DNA of 64,000 nt from Eledone cirrhosa. Lineage: Eukaryota. Both the position numbers and the translations under genes were made by a program. Shown here one piece after another: positions 12,701 through 24,717 of the stretch (position 1 is the first letter of the stretch; the number at the start of each line of letters is the position of its first letter). The DNA lies in the NCBI GenBank assembly GCA_964016885.1, contig OZ024742.1, positions 238,390,001 to 238,454,000 of the forward strand. The letters run 5' to 3'. Below the pieces are notes generated by a model. It made no database searches. It was not told where the DNA came from and saw only the letters and a program-made list of their open reading frames with translations.

Positions 12701-15640
12701 TATGTGGAAAAGCCAGTTGTATTATTTTATGAGGCATAATTAAAGTTAAAATACATCTCTCTTTCCAAACAATTGTTTCATTATAAGTTTTCTACAAATT
12801 GGGAGAATATTTCCAGTTTATGTAGAAGCCTAATATACATTCATGTAAGAATATATTTAGGTGGGCGTTTATAAATCATCAGTGGAAGCCCATTAAACTT
12901 TGATATAAGAAAAAAAAATTTTACCGCAGTTAAAAATCATGTCTGTTAAGTTGCTCCTTCTCGCATCGAATGACCGCCAAATTTGAAATTCCAGCAGTTT
13001 TTGACTGAGGAAGTATTATAGCGTCACTAAGCGGGAAGGGGAGACAACTATGATCCACGATAGGAGGAAAAAAAATAATACACACGCGGGTTAATCAGTT
13101 TTTTCGAAAACATTATCAATCCAACGTGTTAAGAACTCAATTGAAATTAAAAAAATAAATATATGCGTGTATACATTACACACGCATATAGATATTTTCT
13201 TAGGCTAAAATCAGAGGTTGTACCTGAATAAGAAACCGCATCTCATAACCGTAGTAAATACGGAAAGTTATGCTTTAAAGGGCAAATGGGAATGTAAATT
13301 CTCCGGCCGAATTAAGAGTAAAATATAAAACACACGCGGGTTAATTAGTTATTTCAAAACTAATATCAATTCCTCGTGTAAAGAACTCAATTAATTTAAA
13401 AAAATAATAAATGTATGCATGCAATTAAATACATAGGCATATATATATATTCTTAGGCTAAAAAACAGAGAAGTTACAACCAATAAAAACCACAATATCG
13501 CACAACAGTAATAAATACGGAAAGTCAAATTTATAAGGTACCTGGAAATAAACACCTCTGGCCAATCAAGAGTAAAATATTTAATACAATAACAGAGATA
13601 GTTTAAAGCTAAACTCTGACTGGTAACCATCTCACTCAACAAACATTAGGTTATATTTTAATATAAACCCAATTTAGGTGTTTGGGGTGCTAACAATATG
13701 TATTATGTGGAAAAGCCAGTTGTATTATTTTATGAGGCATAATTAAAGTTAAAATACATCTCTCTTTCCAAACAATTGTTTCATTATAAGTTTTCTACAA
13801 ATTGGGAGAATATTTCCAGTTTATGTAGAAGCCTAATATACATTCATGTAAGAATATATTTAGGTGGGCGTTTATAAATCATCAGTGGAAGCCCATTAAA
13901 CTTTGATATAAGAAAAAAAATGTTACCGCAGTTAAAAATCATGTCTGTTAAGTTGCTCCTTCTCGCATCGAATGACCGCCAAATTTGAAATTCCAGCAGT
14001 TTTTGACTGAGGAAGTATTATAGCGTCACTAAGCGGGAAGGGGAGACAACTATGATCCACGATAGGAGGAAAAAAAATAATACACACGCGGGTTAATCAG
14101 TTTTTTCGAAAACATTATCAATCCAACGTGTTAAGAACTCAATTGAAATTAAAAAAATAAATATATGCGTGTATACATTACACACGCATATAGATATTTT
14201 CTTAGGCTAAAATCAGAGGTTGTACCTGAATAAGAAACCGCATCTCATAACCGTAGTAAATACGGAAAGTTATGCTTTAAAGGGCAAATGGGAATGTAAA
14301 TTCTCCGGCCGAATTAAGAGTAAAATATAAAACACACGCGGGTTAATTAGTTATTTCAAAACTAATATCAATTCCTCGTGTAAAGAACTCAATTAATTTA
14401 AAAAAATAATAAATGTATGCATGCAATTAAATACATAGGCATATATATATATTCTTAGGCTAAAAAACAGAGAAGTTACAACCAATAAAAACCACAATAT
14501 CGCACAACAGTAATAAATACGGAAAGTCAAATTTATAAGGTACCTGGAAATAAACACCTCTGGCCAATCAAGAGTAAAATATTTAATACAATAACAGAGA
14601 TAGTTTAAAGCTAAACTCTGACTGGTAACCATCTCACTCAACAAACATTAGGTTATATTTTAATATAAACCCAATTTAGGTGTTTGGGGTGCTAACAATA
14701 TGTATTATGTGGAAAAGCCAGTTGTATTATTTTATGAGGCATAATTAAAGTTAAAATACATCTCTCTTTCCAAACAATTGTTTCATTATAAGTTTTCTAC
14801 AAATTGGGAGAATATTTCCAGTTTATGTAGAAGCCTAATATACATTCATGTAAGAATATATTTAGGTGGGCGTTTATAAATCATCAGTGGAAGCCCATTA
14901 AACTTTGATATAAGAAAAAAAAATTTTACCGCAGTTAAAAATCATGTCTGTTAAGTTGCTCCTTCTCGCATCGAATGACCGCCAAATTTGAAATTCCAGC
15001 AGTTTTTGACTGAGGAAGTATTATAGCGTCACTAAGCGGGAAGGGGAGACAACTATGATCCACGATAGGAGGAAAAAAAATAATACACACGCGGGTTAAT
15101 CAGTTTTTTCGAAAACATTATCAATCCAACGTGTTAAGAACTCAATTGAAATTAAAAAAATAAATATATGCGTGTATACATTACACACGCATATAGATAT
15201 TTTCTTAGGCTAAAATCAGAGGTTGTACCTGAATAAGAAACCGCATCTCATAACCGTAGTAAATACGGAAAGTTATGCTTTAAAGGGCAAATGGGAATGT
15301 AAATTCTCCGGCCGAATTAAGAGTAAAATATAAAACACACGCGGGTTAATTAGTTATTTCAAAACTAATATCAATTCCTCGTGTAAAGAACTCAATTAAT
15401 TTAAAAAAATAATAAATGTATGCATGCAATTAAATACATAGGCATATATATATATTCTTAGGCTAAAAAACAGAGAAGTTACAACCAATAAAAACCACAA
15501 TATCGCACAACAGTAATAAATACGGAAAGTCAAATTGGGAGAATATTTCCAGTTTATGTAGAAGCCTAATATACATTCATGTAAGAATATATTTAGGTGG
15601 GCGCCTATAAATCATCAGTGGAAGCCCATTAAACTTTGAT
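6761..15640. repeat. Tandem array of ~1003-bp units (about nine), bounded by (TA)n at both ends, inside a TRPC intron
   Basis: Near-identical spurious ORFs recur with right ends at 8627, 9630, 10633, 11636, 12639, 13642 and 14644; the first and last units carry internal deletions. Confidence 0.98.
6949..7073 (-). ncRNA. Type I hammerhead ribozyme motif, array copy 1 of 9 (others at 7748-7872, 8751-8875, 9754-9878, 10757-10881, 11760-11884, 12763-12887, 13766-13890, 14768-14892)
   Basis: Minus strand: UUCCA-CUGAUGA-uUUAUAA[two internal hairpins]UUAUAAu-GAAA-CAAUUG-UU^UGGAA. Intact core, perfect 5-bp stem I, palindromic minimal stem III. Confidence 0.75.
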
Positions 15641-15736
15641 ATATATATATATATATATATAGTAATATTGAATACAAAGACCCAAATCCGAAGAGGGCTC
15701 GAGATAAGGATTGTATATATATATATATATATATTA

Positions 15737-15800
15737 TATTTTATCTGATGAAAGCACACCATAATTTAACTGGTGTCCTTGAAATATGTATAATGAAATA
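15737..15800 (+). ncRNA. Type I hammerhead ribozyme motif, sense to the TRPC pre-mRNA
   Basis: UAUUUUAU-CUGAUGA-AAGCACACCA(loop)UGGUGUCCUU-GAAA-UAUGUA-UA^AUGAAAUA; 8-bp stem I, 9 of 10 bp in stem II. Confidence 0.8.
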
Positions 15801-15839
15801 AATATGGTTTTATAAATATAGTTTCCATTTGTTAATATC

Positions 15840-15887
<48 letters not shown>

Positions 15888-16015
15888 CCGTACACCAAAT
15901 ATTCATTATTAGTACAGATTAAAGTTTAAGCAAAGAATCTTTTGAATCTTCTGAAATATTGTAATTTACACAAATACGGTAATGTCTGTCTAAACCTGAA
16001 TACATTATTCTCCAG

Positions 16016-16115
16016 GTACGCATTTCATTAGAATATTTTGCTTCAACGGAGTCCTGGACGCTATTAATTGAGCGAAACAAAACTGCAGAATCATATTGGT
16101 ATTGGTTGGTTGCAG
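16016..16115 (+). CDS. TRPC: TRPC-like exon, extracellular S3-S4 loop
   Basis: TCCAG acceptor, GTAAG donor; 100 nt open frame VRISLEYFASTESWTLLIERNKTAESYWYWLVA; phases (0 in, 1 out) fit both neighbouring exons. Not in the ORF track. Confidence 0.8.
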
Positions 16116-16164
16116 GTAAGCTGTGTATTTCTCTATATTCTAGTAGTTTTAATGGAAAGATGCA

Positions 16165-16285
16165 TGGCTTAGTAGTTTGAGTGTTCGGGTTATAATCATA
16201 AAGTTATGAGTTCAATTCCCAGCAGCAGATTGTTCCCTTGAGCAAGCCATTTCATTTCACCCAGTCCATTCAGTTAGCAAAAGAA
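16165..16285 (+). mobile_element. tRNA-derived SINE, family B (CORE/V-like); other copies near 23485-23640, 33735-34030, 40395-40740
   Basis: TGGCTTAGTAG A box, GAGTTCAATTCC B box, then TCCCTTGAGCAAG...CCAGTCCAyTCAG shared among copies. Confidence 0.6.
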
Positions 16286-16773
16286 TTTTTGGTATTACCT
16301 GTCAAATGAATTAGTGGTGAGGATGGTGGAATCTGCAATAGTCGTCACGACAAATATATATACTTATATATATATATATATACGTAGGTCCCGGGTTGAG
16401 TCGGGGATAACCACAGTAAGTAAGGTACAAACAGTACTAGTCCTGTAGAAGCTCCTTCTATACAATAAAATAAAATAAAAATATATATATATATATATAT
16501 ATACATTTATATATACTTATATATGCATGCATATATATATCCTGTATCACAAACCTAATGAATCCCTTAAATATATTGACGTAAACTCGAATACCTTCCC
16601 CAACCACCAGAAAACATACAAATACTACTGTATTACAATGCCAACCGGCTTTCCTGGTATTTTTCTTCGAATGCATCATTTTTAGTTCTGTAGAATTCAT
16701 TTCTATATTAAATATGTTATATAATAAAAGTAACGAAGATCGCTGGTATAAATTCAGCGTCCCCTTAAATTTG

Positions 16774-16833
<60 letters not shown>

Positions 16834-17529
16834 AATTTAATATAGAAATCGTTTCTACAGGACTAAAATTGTTTCATTCGAAGAATATATATATATACAT
16901 ATATAACAGGATACTCACAACAGAAGTTGATAGTGAATTAAACACATGGTTAATTGTTTCAGAAAAGAAACTTTGTCTCTATGGATATCGTTTGTATAGC
17001 GTGCAGACATTGACAAATTGACATGTTTTCTGAGAAAATAAACACCAATTCCCAGTTGAAATATGTTTCAATGATTTTTTTCTTAATGTCCATTTTCTTT
17101 CCATTATAGTTGGGAGGTTTATAGTTGCATGAAAAACCAAAATCATTACCAACTTGCTGTAGTAACTTCAAATATACCTCAGCTATTTATACCTCTCAAC
17201 ATTTAATGTTCTATCTTATTTTATCACATGCCATAACTTTCTGTTGTAACCTTAACTCCTGATTTAGTAGAAAATATCTAAAATAGGTTTGTTAATACTG
17301 TTTACAGTATTCTTACTAGGGAAGAGATTGTTGTGAAAATGTGTAGTATTAGAAAATATAGACAATAAATATTTAATATGCAGTTATAGGGCTGTTTTGT
17401 ACTTGTTAATGTGGATTCATGTGTTACAGGACGTTAACTGATAACTCTTAACATGTACTGATTTTACAAAAAATATTTAAAACAGGTTTTTTAATTCAAT
17501 TTTTTATAGTATCTTCATAGAATATATTG

Positions 17530-17740
17530 TATTATAGCAATAATAATAATAATTGTTTCTATTTTTGGCACAAGGCCAGCAATTACCCAGTACATTACTG
17601 GTACTTTATTTTATCGACCCCGTAAGGATGAAAGGCAAAGTTAACCTCGGCGGGATTTGAACTCAGACCGTAAAGGGGCGTAACTATACTGGAAAGCATG
17701 GCGTCCGACTCTCTACTGATACTGCCAATCCACCGCCCTT
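17530..17740 (-). mobile_element. SINE family A
   Basis: Reverse complement of the 3577-3762 consensus, with (TAA)n flanks. Confidence 0.8.
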
Positions 17741-17960
17741 AATAATAATAATAATGCTTTCTTTATTAACCACAAGGGTTTACATAAAGTAGACATTAAG
17801 GACAGTACAGGATAATACAGGACGGTACAAATGGCCATTTCTGCGTGTAAAAAAACAAAAACAGAGGATGTAACAAAAAAATACCAATGAAAAATTCCCC
17901 AATAGGGGGGAGACATCCGTGGGACATTTGTGGAGAAAGCCCATTAAAAGTTTTCCACCT

Positions 17961-20560
17961 TTAATTTACAGACACATACTCAGAATAGGCCCGCCCATTC
18001 ACTCGGGCCATACTTGCTTCTCTCACCCATCTTTCAACAAAATGCTGGGAAGAGAGCACTTCCCTCTCTACCCTGATTTTCCTTTTCAAATGAAATTTGA
18101 AAAAGTTAATCAGGGCATCACCGAAGACGTAAGTGCTTGTCTTCAGCCCTTTCAAACGTGTCCACCATACTATCTCTTTAGCCATAGCCACCAGACAGAT
18201 AAAAACTGCCTGCCCTTCCCGGCTAAAGGAAGACGGCGGGGCAATCCTCACGATGGACTCAGCTGATAGCTGGATCCGTCCTACACGTGACAGCAGGTGT
18301 TCGACATAAACCCACAAGTCAGCAATGCTCGGACACTGGACGAGTGCGTGCAGGACGGTTTAGTCGCCCTGCGCGCATCTCGGACATGCTCGGCTGACGG
18401 CACCTCCATGCCTGTAGAGTTTATCCCGAACTGGCAAAGCTCCTCGGTAGCACTGCCAAGCCAGGGATTTCTGGAAGTTGTCCATAGGCCCCGGCCCGAA
18501 AGTCCTTCCGAAGAGATTGGCTAGTTGATTTTCGTCGACGCCTAGAGTTTCTCCAAGTACGTCGTCGCTCTTCCCCTCCACTAATCCTCTATAGAACGCC
18601 AAGCTGGAGTTTCCACCGATCACATTGCCCGATTGGTCGAGGGCTGTGAGCGCCTGAAGACATTCCAGTCTCCAAGCGCTCCCTCTCGGTCTTCGCTTGA
18701 CCCAGGACTGCAGCTCCGTCAAGGAGACGAGCTGGGGAAAGACGCGTCTAGCAATAGCGACCACACCTGATCACCGTCGAGGAAGAGGTGGAGATGTCGT
18801 AGCCTGAGCGCGTGTCTGCGCATCATCAGCCACGGCATGCCCAGCCCTCCACGTAGCGGGTGTTGACAGCAGATGGACCGCCTGACCATCGGAGCGCGTC
18901 CCTTCCACAAAAAGCGAAAGAGCAAACGCTCCAGCGCAGTCAGGCGGGGCTTAGGACAAGGTACGACTGTCAGGCGGTAGTAGGTGACGGACGCGATGTA
19001 CGCGTTAGCCACCTCTGCTCGACCTTTCAGGGATAGCTTCCTCTCCGCCCATTTCTGGATGAGAGAAGCCACCCTGCTCGTCACCTCGTCCCAGTTCCGA
19101 ACCAGACCCCTAGCAATTTAACCGGTCCGTCCGTCCAGCGCCCGACGACGCTGTTGGACGGCATGGACATGCCTCTCCTGGTGCCGAGCTGCAGGCCCAC
19201 TGACTTTTCCTGGTTGATCATTGCTCCTGTCACCGCTTCGTATTCTCTTAGTGTAGTGCCGATCGCCTCGATGTGTTTGGCATTCGACACCACTACGGTG
19301 ACATAGTCCGCATATGCCTTGATCCGGCCCGCCGCTGCCCTCGAACAGCTGTGCGAAGTGTCGCTGAAAAGCTTCACACATTTTCCCGGGATCGAGTAGC
19401 ATGCGCCCGTCGTGGTCCACCAAAGACCGGATCGTGGCTTTGTTGCCACGACGCACGTCCGCCACTCGGGCCCATTGAACGGCTTTCGTCCCCTCGTGTC
19501 TGAGAGTACGCACCCTAGCTCTGACAACGCAGCCTTCGTGCTTTGCATTGAAGAATTGGTCAAGGGCCAATTTCGCCGCAAGTACGTCGGTCGCGATGCC
19601 TTTGCTAAGCGCCTCGTCTAATATTCTAATTAGTTCTCCCTCTGCTCTATTTTTCTCTATTTCTAAAGCCTTACTAAACCTAATGGACTCTATTATAATC
19701 GCTCTTTTCAGAGCAAACCACCACTTGTTGTTGACGATGGCCCCCGTCAATGCCCGCTTAACTAGTTCGCTAATCCGGTCTCTGTAGGCCTTGCGCGCTG
19801 GTAAGGACGCGTTTAGCTTCCAGTAGCCGGGTCCTCCTCTATGAAGCCTATCTAAGTCAAGCACACAGATCACGAATTTGTGGTCCGTATAGCTGACTAT
19901 CTTGAATTGTGAACAGCCTATGCTAGACCTATCTATTTCCCTACAAAATTCTCTATCTAGATATGATCTGGATGACCCTATGCGATTTGTCCAAGTCCAC
20001 ATTGGCACATTCGGGAAATCCAATCGGTACCTGTCAGACAGTTCAAAACGCCTGAGCAGGTTGGTGAGGCTCTTGCACCCTCCTCCCCTATCCGCTAATC
20101 CCACACAGTCCCAGCGTGCATCTAAGATCCCGTTCCAGTCGCCCACTAACACTAAAGAGCGGGACGTTCCAAGAAAGGTCTCCAGATGCCGGAAGAAATC
20201 AGGCCGCCCTGCTCCTGTCGGGGCATAGACGGCCACTAGCCTGAAAGCTTGCCCGTCTCCGCTGGTCACGTCCAGCACCACCAACTTACCTTCTGGGTCC
20301 AGGAAGATGGGCCGTATGGCGAGATCCAAACCTCTCCGAAAAAGCACAGCAACTCCTCCCCCCGATCCAGGACGGCTGGGAGATGCGTACACATCGTAGC
20401 CGCCGAAGATCGGTGCGAAGGCCCGTGCTTCGGAGATTCTGGTCTCGCTGATGGCCACTACATCTATGCTTAGTAACCTGAGGTCGTTGAGCAGGTGGCC
20501 CTGCTTCCATGTCGACCCCAAGCCGCGCGCATTTATGTTGCCTATTCTGAGTGAGGTCAT
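17961..20560 (-). pseudogene. LINE ORF2 (APE endonuclease + truncated reverse transcriptase)
   Basis: ORFs 19118-20560, 19081-19581, 18719-19084, 18360-18764 and 17961-18317 tile one frameshifted ORF2. Confidence 0.85.
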
Positions 20561-20826
20561 GTTGAAATGGAGTGGAAAAAATGGGAAAGACCACTTACCT
20601 TACTTCCCGTAGAGGAAGGATGGTTTCTCCATCCTTTTCACTGCTTGTGGTCTCCTCCGGAAGGATGTCCTTATAAATCCTCCTGGTGAGTGCTTGTCGG
20701 AAGTCTCCGATGTCTTTGGGGAATTTTTGTTTTAGTATCGTGTACGTTTTCTGTGTGATGCGAGTGATTTGTATGTGTGGAGGTGGTGTGAACTTTTGGG
20801 TTGTTGTGTAGTCTTTTTCTGTGATG

Positions 20827-22533
20827 CTAGTGTTGGATGTAGTGTAATAATTGGTTGTTGTTCAAATTTAATGCTGTGTAGTGTGTATCGTTTTGGTTGT
20901 TTTGATTTGTTTGCGTTTGTTGTGGGTTTGTTTCTGTTTCGCTTTTTGGTGACTTTTGTGGTGTTGGTGATGGTGGTGTTGAGGTTAATGATGGTGATGG
21001 TGTTGGTGTTTGTGGTGATGGGGTTGGTGATGCTGGTGTGGATGGTGGCATAGCTGTCTTAACTTTTTTGTTTGATAGTTTATTTGTTTCCCTCTGTATT
21101 TTGTTTTTGGAGGAGGAGGGAAAAGGATTTTTTCTTTTTTGGTTTCTTTTTCTTTTTTTCTTTTTTCCTGATACCGTTTCCCACTCCTCGTCGTCACAAT
21201 CTGTCTCCAGTTGTGATAGGTCGGGGAGTGGAAAATCCTCCACAGGCGTTAGTTTTGGTTGTGGCGTGGTGGATGGTGTAGGCGCTGGTGCTAGTTCTGG
21301 CGCGTTGGGTGGTGGTGGTGTTGGTTTTGCTACTGTTACTGAGGTTGTTGCTGTTACAGTTGCTTCTGTTGCTGCTGCTACAGTTGTTGCTGCCATTTCT
21401 GCTGCTGGTGGTGTTGATGGTTGAGTCACTGTGTTGGATAAGAGAGGTGGCCTCAACTTTTTATCCTGAGGGCAGAAAGCCCTTACGTGGGTTCCTTCAT
21501 CACAAACGACACACCTAGGCCTTCTACCCTCGACGATTACGGTGAGGTGCCTGCCGTCAGTGAGGTCTATTACCTCTGGGAACTTCTCAATGCTTTTTTG
21601 ATCCGCTTGGATCAGGAGCTCCATCCCAGATCCGGACCAGTTCTCCTGCTTTTCTTTTGCTATTTCTATTATTTTGGTGTTGGCCTCGATGTCGGCGAGG
21701 ACGGCAGCCATTAGCCAGGGAATTTCGATGGCCGGTGGAGCGTGGGTCACCCTGATCTTTACGAGTCTCTGGCCACAATAGCTTGGGACGAGTGTGAAGT
21801 CGTCGCTTCTTAATGGGGCCATGGAGTGTTCTCTGGCCTCCTGTGGTGTTCCAAAGAACACGTCTACGGTTCCATATTTCTGCCCACGTCTGATGTGGTG
21901 TTTTTTTTCCCACACATGTCCCAAAGCTTTTTGGATTTGGAACTCGGATGCCCGTTCCACTCGGCGCGATTTTATGTTAATCATCCAATAAGACACGGTG
22001 CATAGCCGCCGATTCTCCATTTTATTTTTTGGGGGGGGGGGGGCTGACCCTGTACCCATCTTTCTTTACCATTCTCTTGGCTTCATCTAATTCCTCCTGA
22101 GTTACCTGGATTGTTTCGCATTTTTTGGCTGCTTTGGCAAACGACACGATGTTATTCTCATTGTTGTTGTTGCTGTTGTTGTTATTGTTATTTTTGTTAT
22201 TGTTATTTTTAGTTTCAGTTGTGGTGGCGTCAGTTGTGTTCGGTGTGGAAGAGTCCATTCTGGGTGAATCCATTTCGATGTCACGAGATAATTTTTTTTT
22301 TCTTTTGTTTCTGTTGTCGCTGTGGTGGTGGTGGTGGGGGTGGCGGCTTCAACACCTGCAGTCATTGGTAATGGCGGGAAATGAATGTCTGCATGAGACA
22401 AATTTAAATTATTGCTACTGCTTATATTTTTAGTGTTGGCAAACGTAGTAATATTTACAATGGTGGTGTTGGTGTGAGGTGTTAGTTTGTGAGGAAGGCT
22501 CTCAGCTGCTTGGTGTAGCTGTGAGTCATCCAT
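20827..22533 (-). pseudogene. LINE ORF1 (gag-like, CX2CX4HX4C), split by homopolymer frameshifts
   Basis: Overlapping ORFs 22102-22533, 22022-22273 and 20827-22059 break near the poly-T (~22295) and poly-G (~22035) runs. Confidence 0.75.
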
Positions 22534-22744
22534 GATTTTTTCAAAGAAATTTTTGTCTGATAATTATAAAAGTTTAAATTTCAAGGCCCCAATCTTTTTG
22601 AGTGTCCTTCTCCGAAAGTAAATTTTTTTTGTGACTTTATAAACAGTTAACAACAAAAATTTTCCATAAATGGCAATTTTAAACAGACGAAAACAACAAA
22701 CCTTTGCGTAGCTCACGATGATACGATTTCCTACGTAGGTCGCC

Positions 22745-22790
<46 letters not shown>

Positions 22791-22839
22791 GTAATAATAA
22801 TAGTAATAATAATAAATGTTTCCTTATTCTCTCAAACAG

Positions 22840-22991
22840 ATCGCTGTTATTGGTTTGCCCTTGATCCGCACAACATTGCAGAGTCGTTGTTTGCTATTGC
22901 TAATGTGATAAGCTTTACGCGTGTATCATATGTTTTGCCTGCGAATGAACATTTTGGACCCATGCAAATATCATTGGGTAGAATGATAGGG
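22840..22991 (+). CDS. TRPC: TRPC-like exon, S4 and S4-S5 linker
   Basis: ACAG acceptor, GTATGT donor; DRCYWFALDPHNIAESLFAIANVISFTRVSYVLPANEHFGPMQISLGRMIG matches the TRPC3/6/7-type LPANE.FGP.QISLGR signature. Confidence 0.93.
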
Positions 22992-23769
22992 GTATGTATT
23001 ATATCTATCTATATATCTATTGCAGCTAGCTAACTGTCTTCAGCTCTTCTTAACATCCTCTAATTATTCATATGCTTCTTTATATTTTTTAGTGTGATGC
23101 AGTCATAGTGTTTTTATGTAATTTCAACATTGTTTTGTTAATATGGATTCATGTGGTACATTCTGTAATGATCTAACAAGAAATATCTAAAACAATTTTT
23201 TTAATTCAAAAGCTTATAGTTAATATATTTACTAGTGGACAATATTATTGTGAAAAATTGCAGTATTAGGTTAAAGATTTACATTTTTTAACTGATGCAG
23301 TCGTAGCGCTGTTTTGTACTTTTCAATAATGTTTTTGCTAATGTGGTTTCATGTGGAACAGAGTGTTAAGAGATAACTAATAACATCCTGTAATGATTCT
23401 TGAGAAATATGATAATGAAAAGGTTAATCATCCATTTATATAAAAGTATGCCAATATAATTGTATTATAATAATGTGAAATGTGCGTGGCTTAGTGGTTA
23501 GATTATTCGGCTCTCAATCGTCAGTTCGATTTCCGGTGGTGCGTTATGTCCTTGAGCAAGACACTTCATTTCACATTATACCAGTCCACTCAGCTGGCAA
23601 AAATATTTTGTACCTGTAATTCACACACTATGTTATGCTGAATATCATACTTCGTTTTTGTATTTGTTCTGCAAGATTCTTGATGTGAAATCGTGTGTTA
23701 AAATAGATATTGCTATACTTTTGGGGGATCATGTTGCCAATGAGAAAAACACACGCATTGGTTAAGTTT

Positions 23770-24190
23770 CACAGCCGAGGTTAACTTTACCTTTCATCCT
23801 TACGGAGTCGAAAAAATAAAGCACCAGTAACGTACTGGGGTCGATTTAATCGACTTTTCCCTTCCCGCCAAAATTACTGGCCTTGTGCCTATACTAGAAA
23901 TCATTATTAGTTAGGTGCCTTTGAGGTTGACTTTGAGGTTGACTTTGCCTTTCATCCTTACGGGGTCGATAAAATAAAGTACCAGTAATGTACTGGGTAT
24001 TTGCTGGCCTTGTGCCTAAAGTAGAAACAATTATTAGTTAGGTGCCTATCCCACCAAGGTCAACTTTGCCTTTCATCCTTCAGAGGTCGATAAAATAAAG
24101 TACCAGTGAAGTACTGGGGTCGGTTTAATCGACTTTCCTCTTCCCCATAAACTGATGGCATTGTGGCTGAATTAGAAACTATTATCAGTT
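23770..24190 (+). mobile_element. Three tandem 5'-truncated SINE family A copies
   Basis: Repeated ACTTTGCCTTTCATCCTT...GTACCAGT...AGAAA.ATTATTAGTTAG units. Confidence 0.75.
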
Positions 24191-24507
24191 AGATATGTAA
24201 TCCGTTCCTCGGTTAGTTTTGTAACTAGACATTTGTTTAATTACCATATTTAATTGTTAAATCTTTCGTTAAATGTTTACTCCTGCTTTTCTGTTTCCTC
24301 TTTATTTTGGTCTCGTTCTATTTACTCCATCTTGTTTTCCTGTGGTGTGTATGTTACGAAACTAACCGAGGAATGGATTAGTTACCTAATTAATACAAAA
24401 ACTGAAGTGAAATTCATTAGTGCGTGTGTTTTATTTGCAACATAACCCTTCCTAGATATAACAATATATATGTTTGTGTGTGTGCTAGCAGGGAAAGCGG
24501 GTGTTAA

Positions 24508-24509
<2 letters not shown>

Positions 24510-24540
<31 letters not shown>

Positions 24541-24571
24541 ATGATAATGATGGTGATGACGATGATGGTGG

Positions 24572-24624
<53 letters not shown>

Positions 24625-24628
24625 ATGT

Positions 24629-24661
<33 letters not shown>
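24510..24661. repeat. (GAT)n microsatellite upstream of the S5 exon
   Basis: Directly visible; explains the poly-Met ORF. Confidence 0.97.
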
Positions 24662-24662
<1 letters not shown>

Positions 24663-24717
24663 ATATGCATGTAATTATACATGTATGTTAACCATATATT
24701 TATATAATTTTTTTCAG

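Larger units (their letters stand above)
17756..22744 (-). mobile_element. Tx1/L1-clade LINE with both ends present and an internal deletion in RT
   Basis: ORF1 with zinc knuckle CVVCDEGTHVRAFC; ORF2 APE endonuclease (NINARGL, SET, VYAPT, GDWN, YTDH), then a jump to AYADYV, RT C-terminus and zinc-binding domain; (TAA)n on both flanks. Confidence 0.9.

Noticed and set aside
8376-14644. Repeated 81-83 aa ORF (MLSEMVTSQ...) in each array unit
   Set aside because: Non-ATG start, AT-driven composition and no recognisable motif; it recurs only because the DNA is repeated.
6761-15640. CRISPR array or rDNA/histone gene cluster
   Set aside because: No unique spacers, eukaryotic intron context, and no recognisable rRNA, snRNA or histone sequence.
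24511-24717. Poly-Met N-terminus of ORF 24511-25041
   Set aside because: An intronic (GAT)n tract; the real exon starts at the acceptor at 24718.
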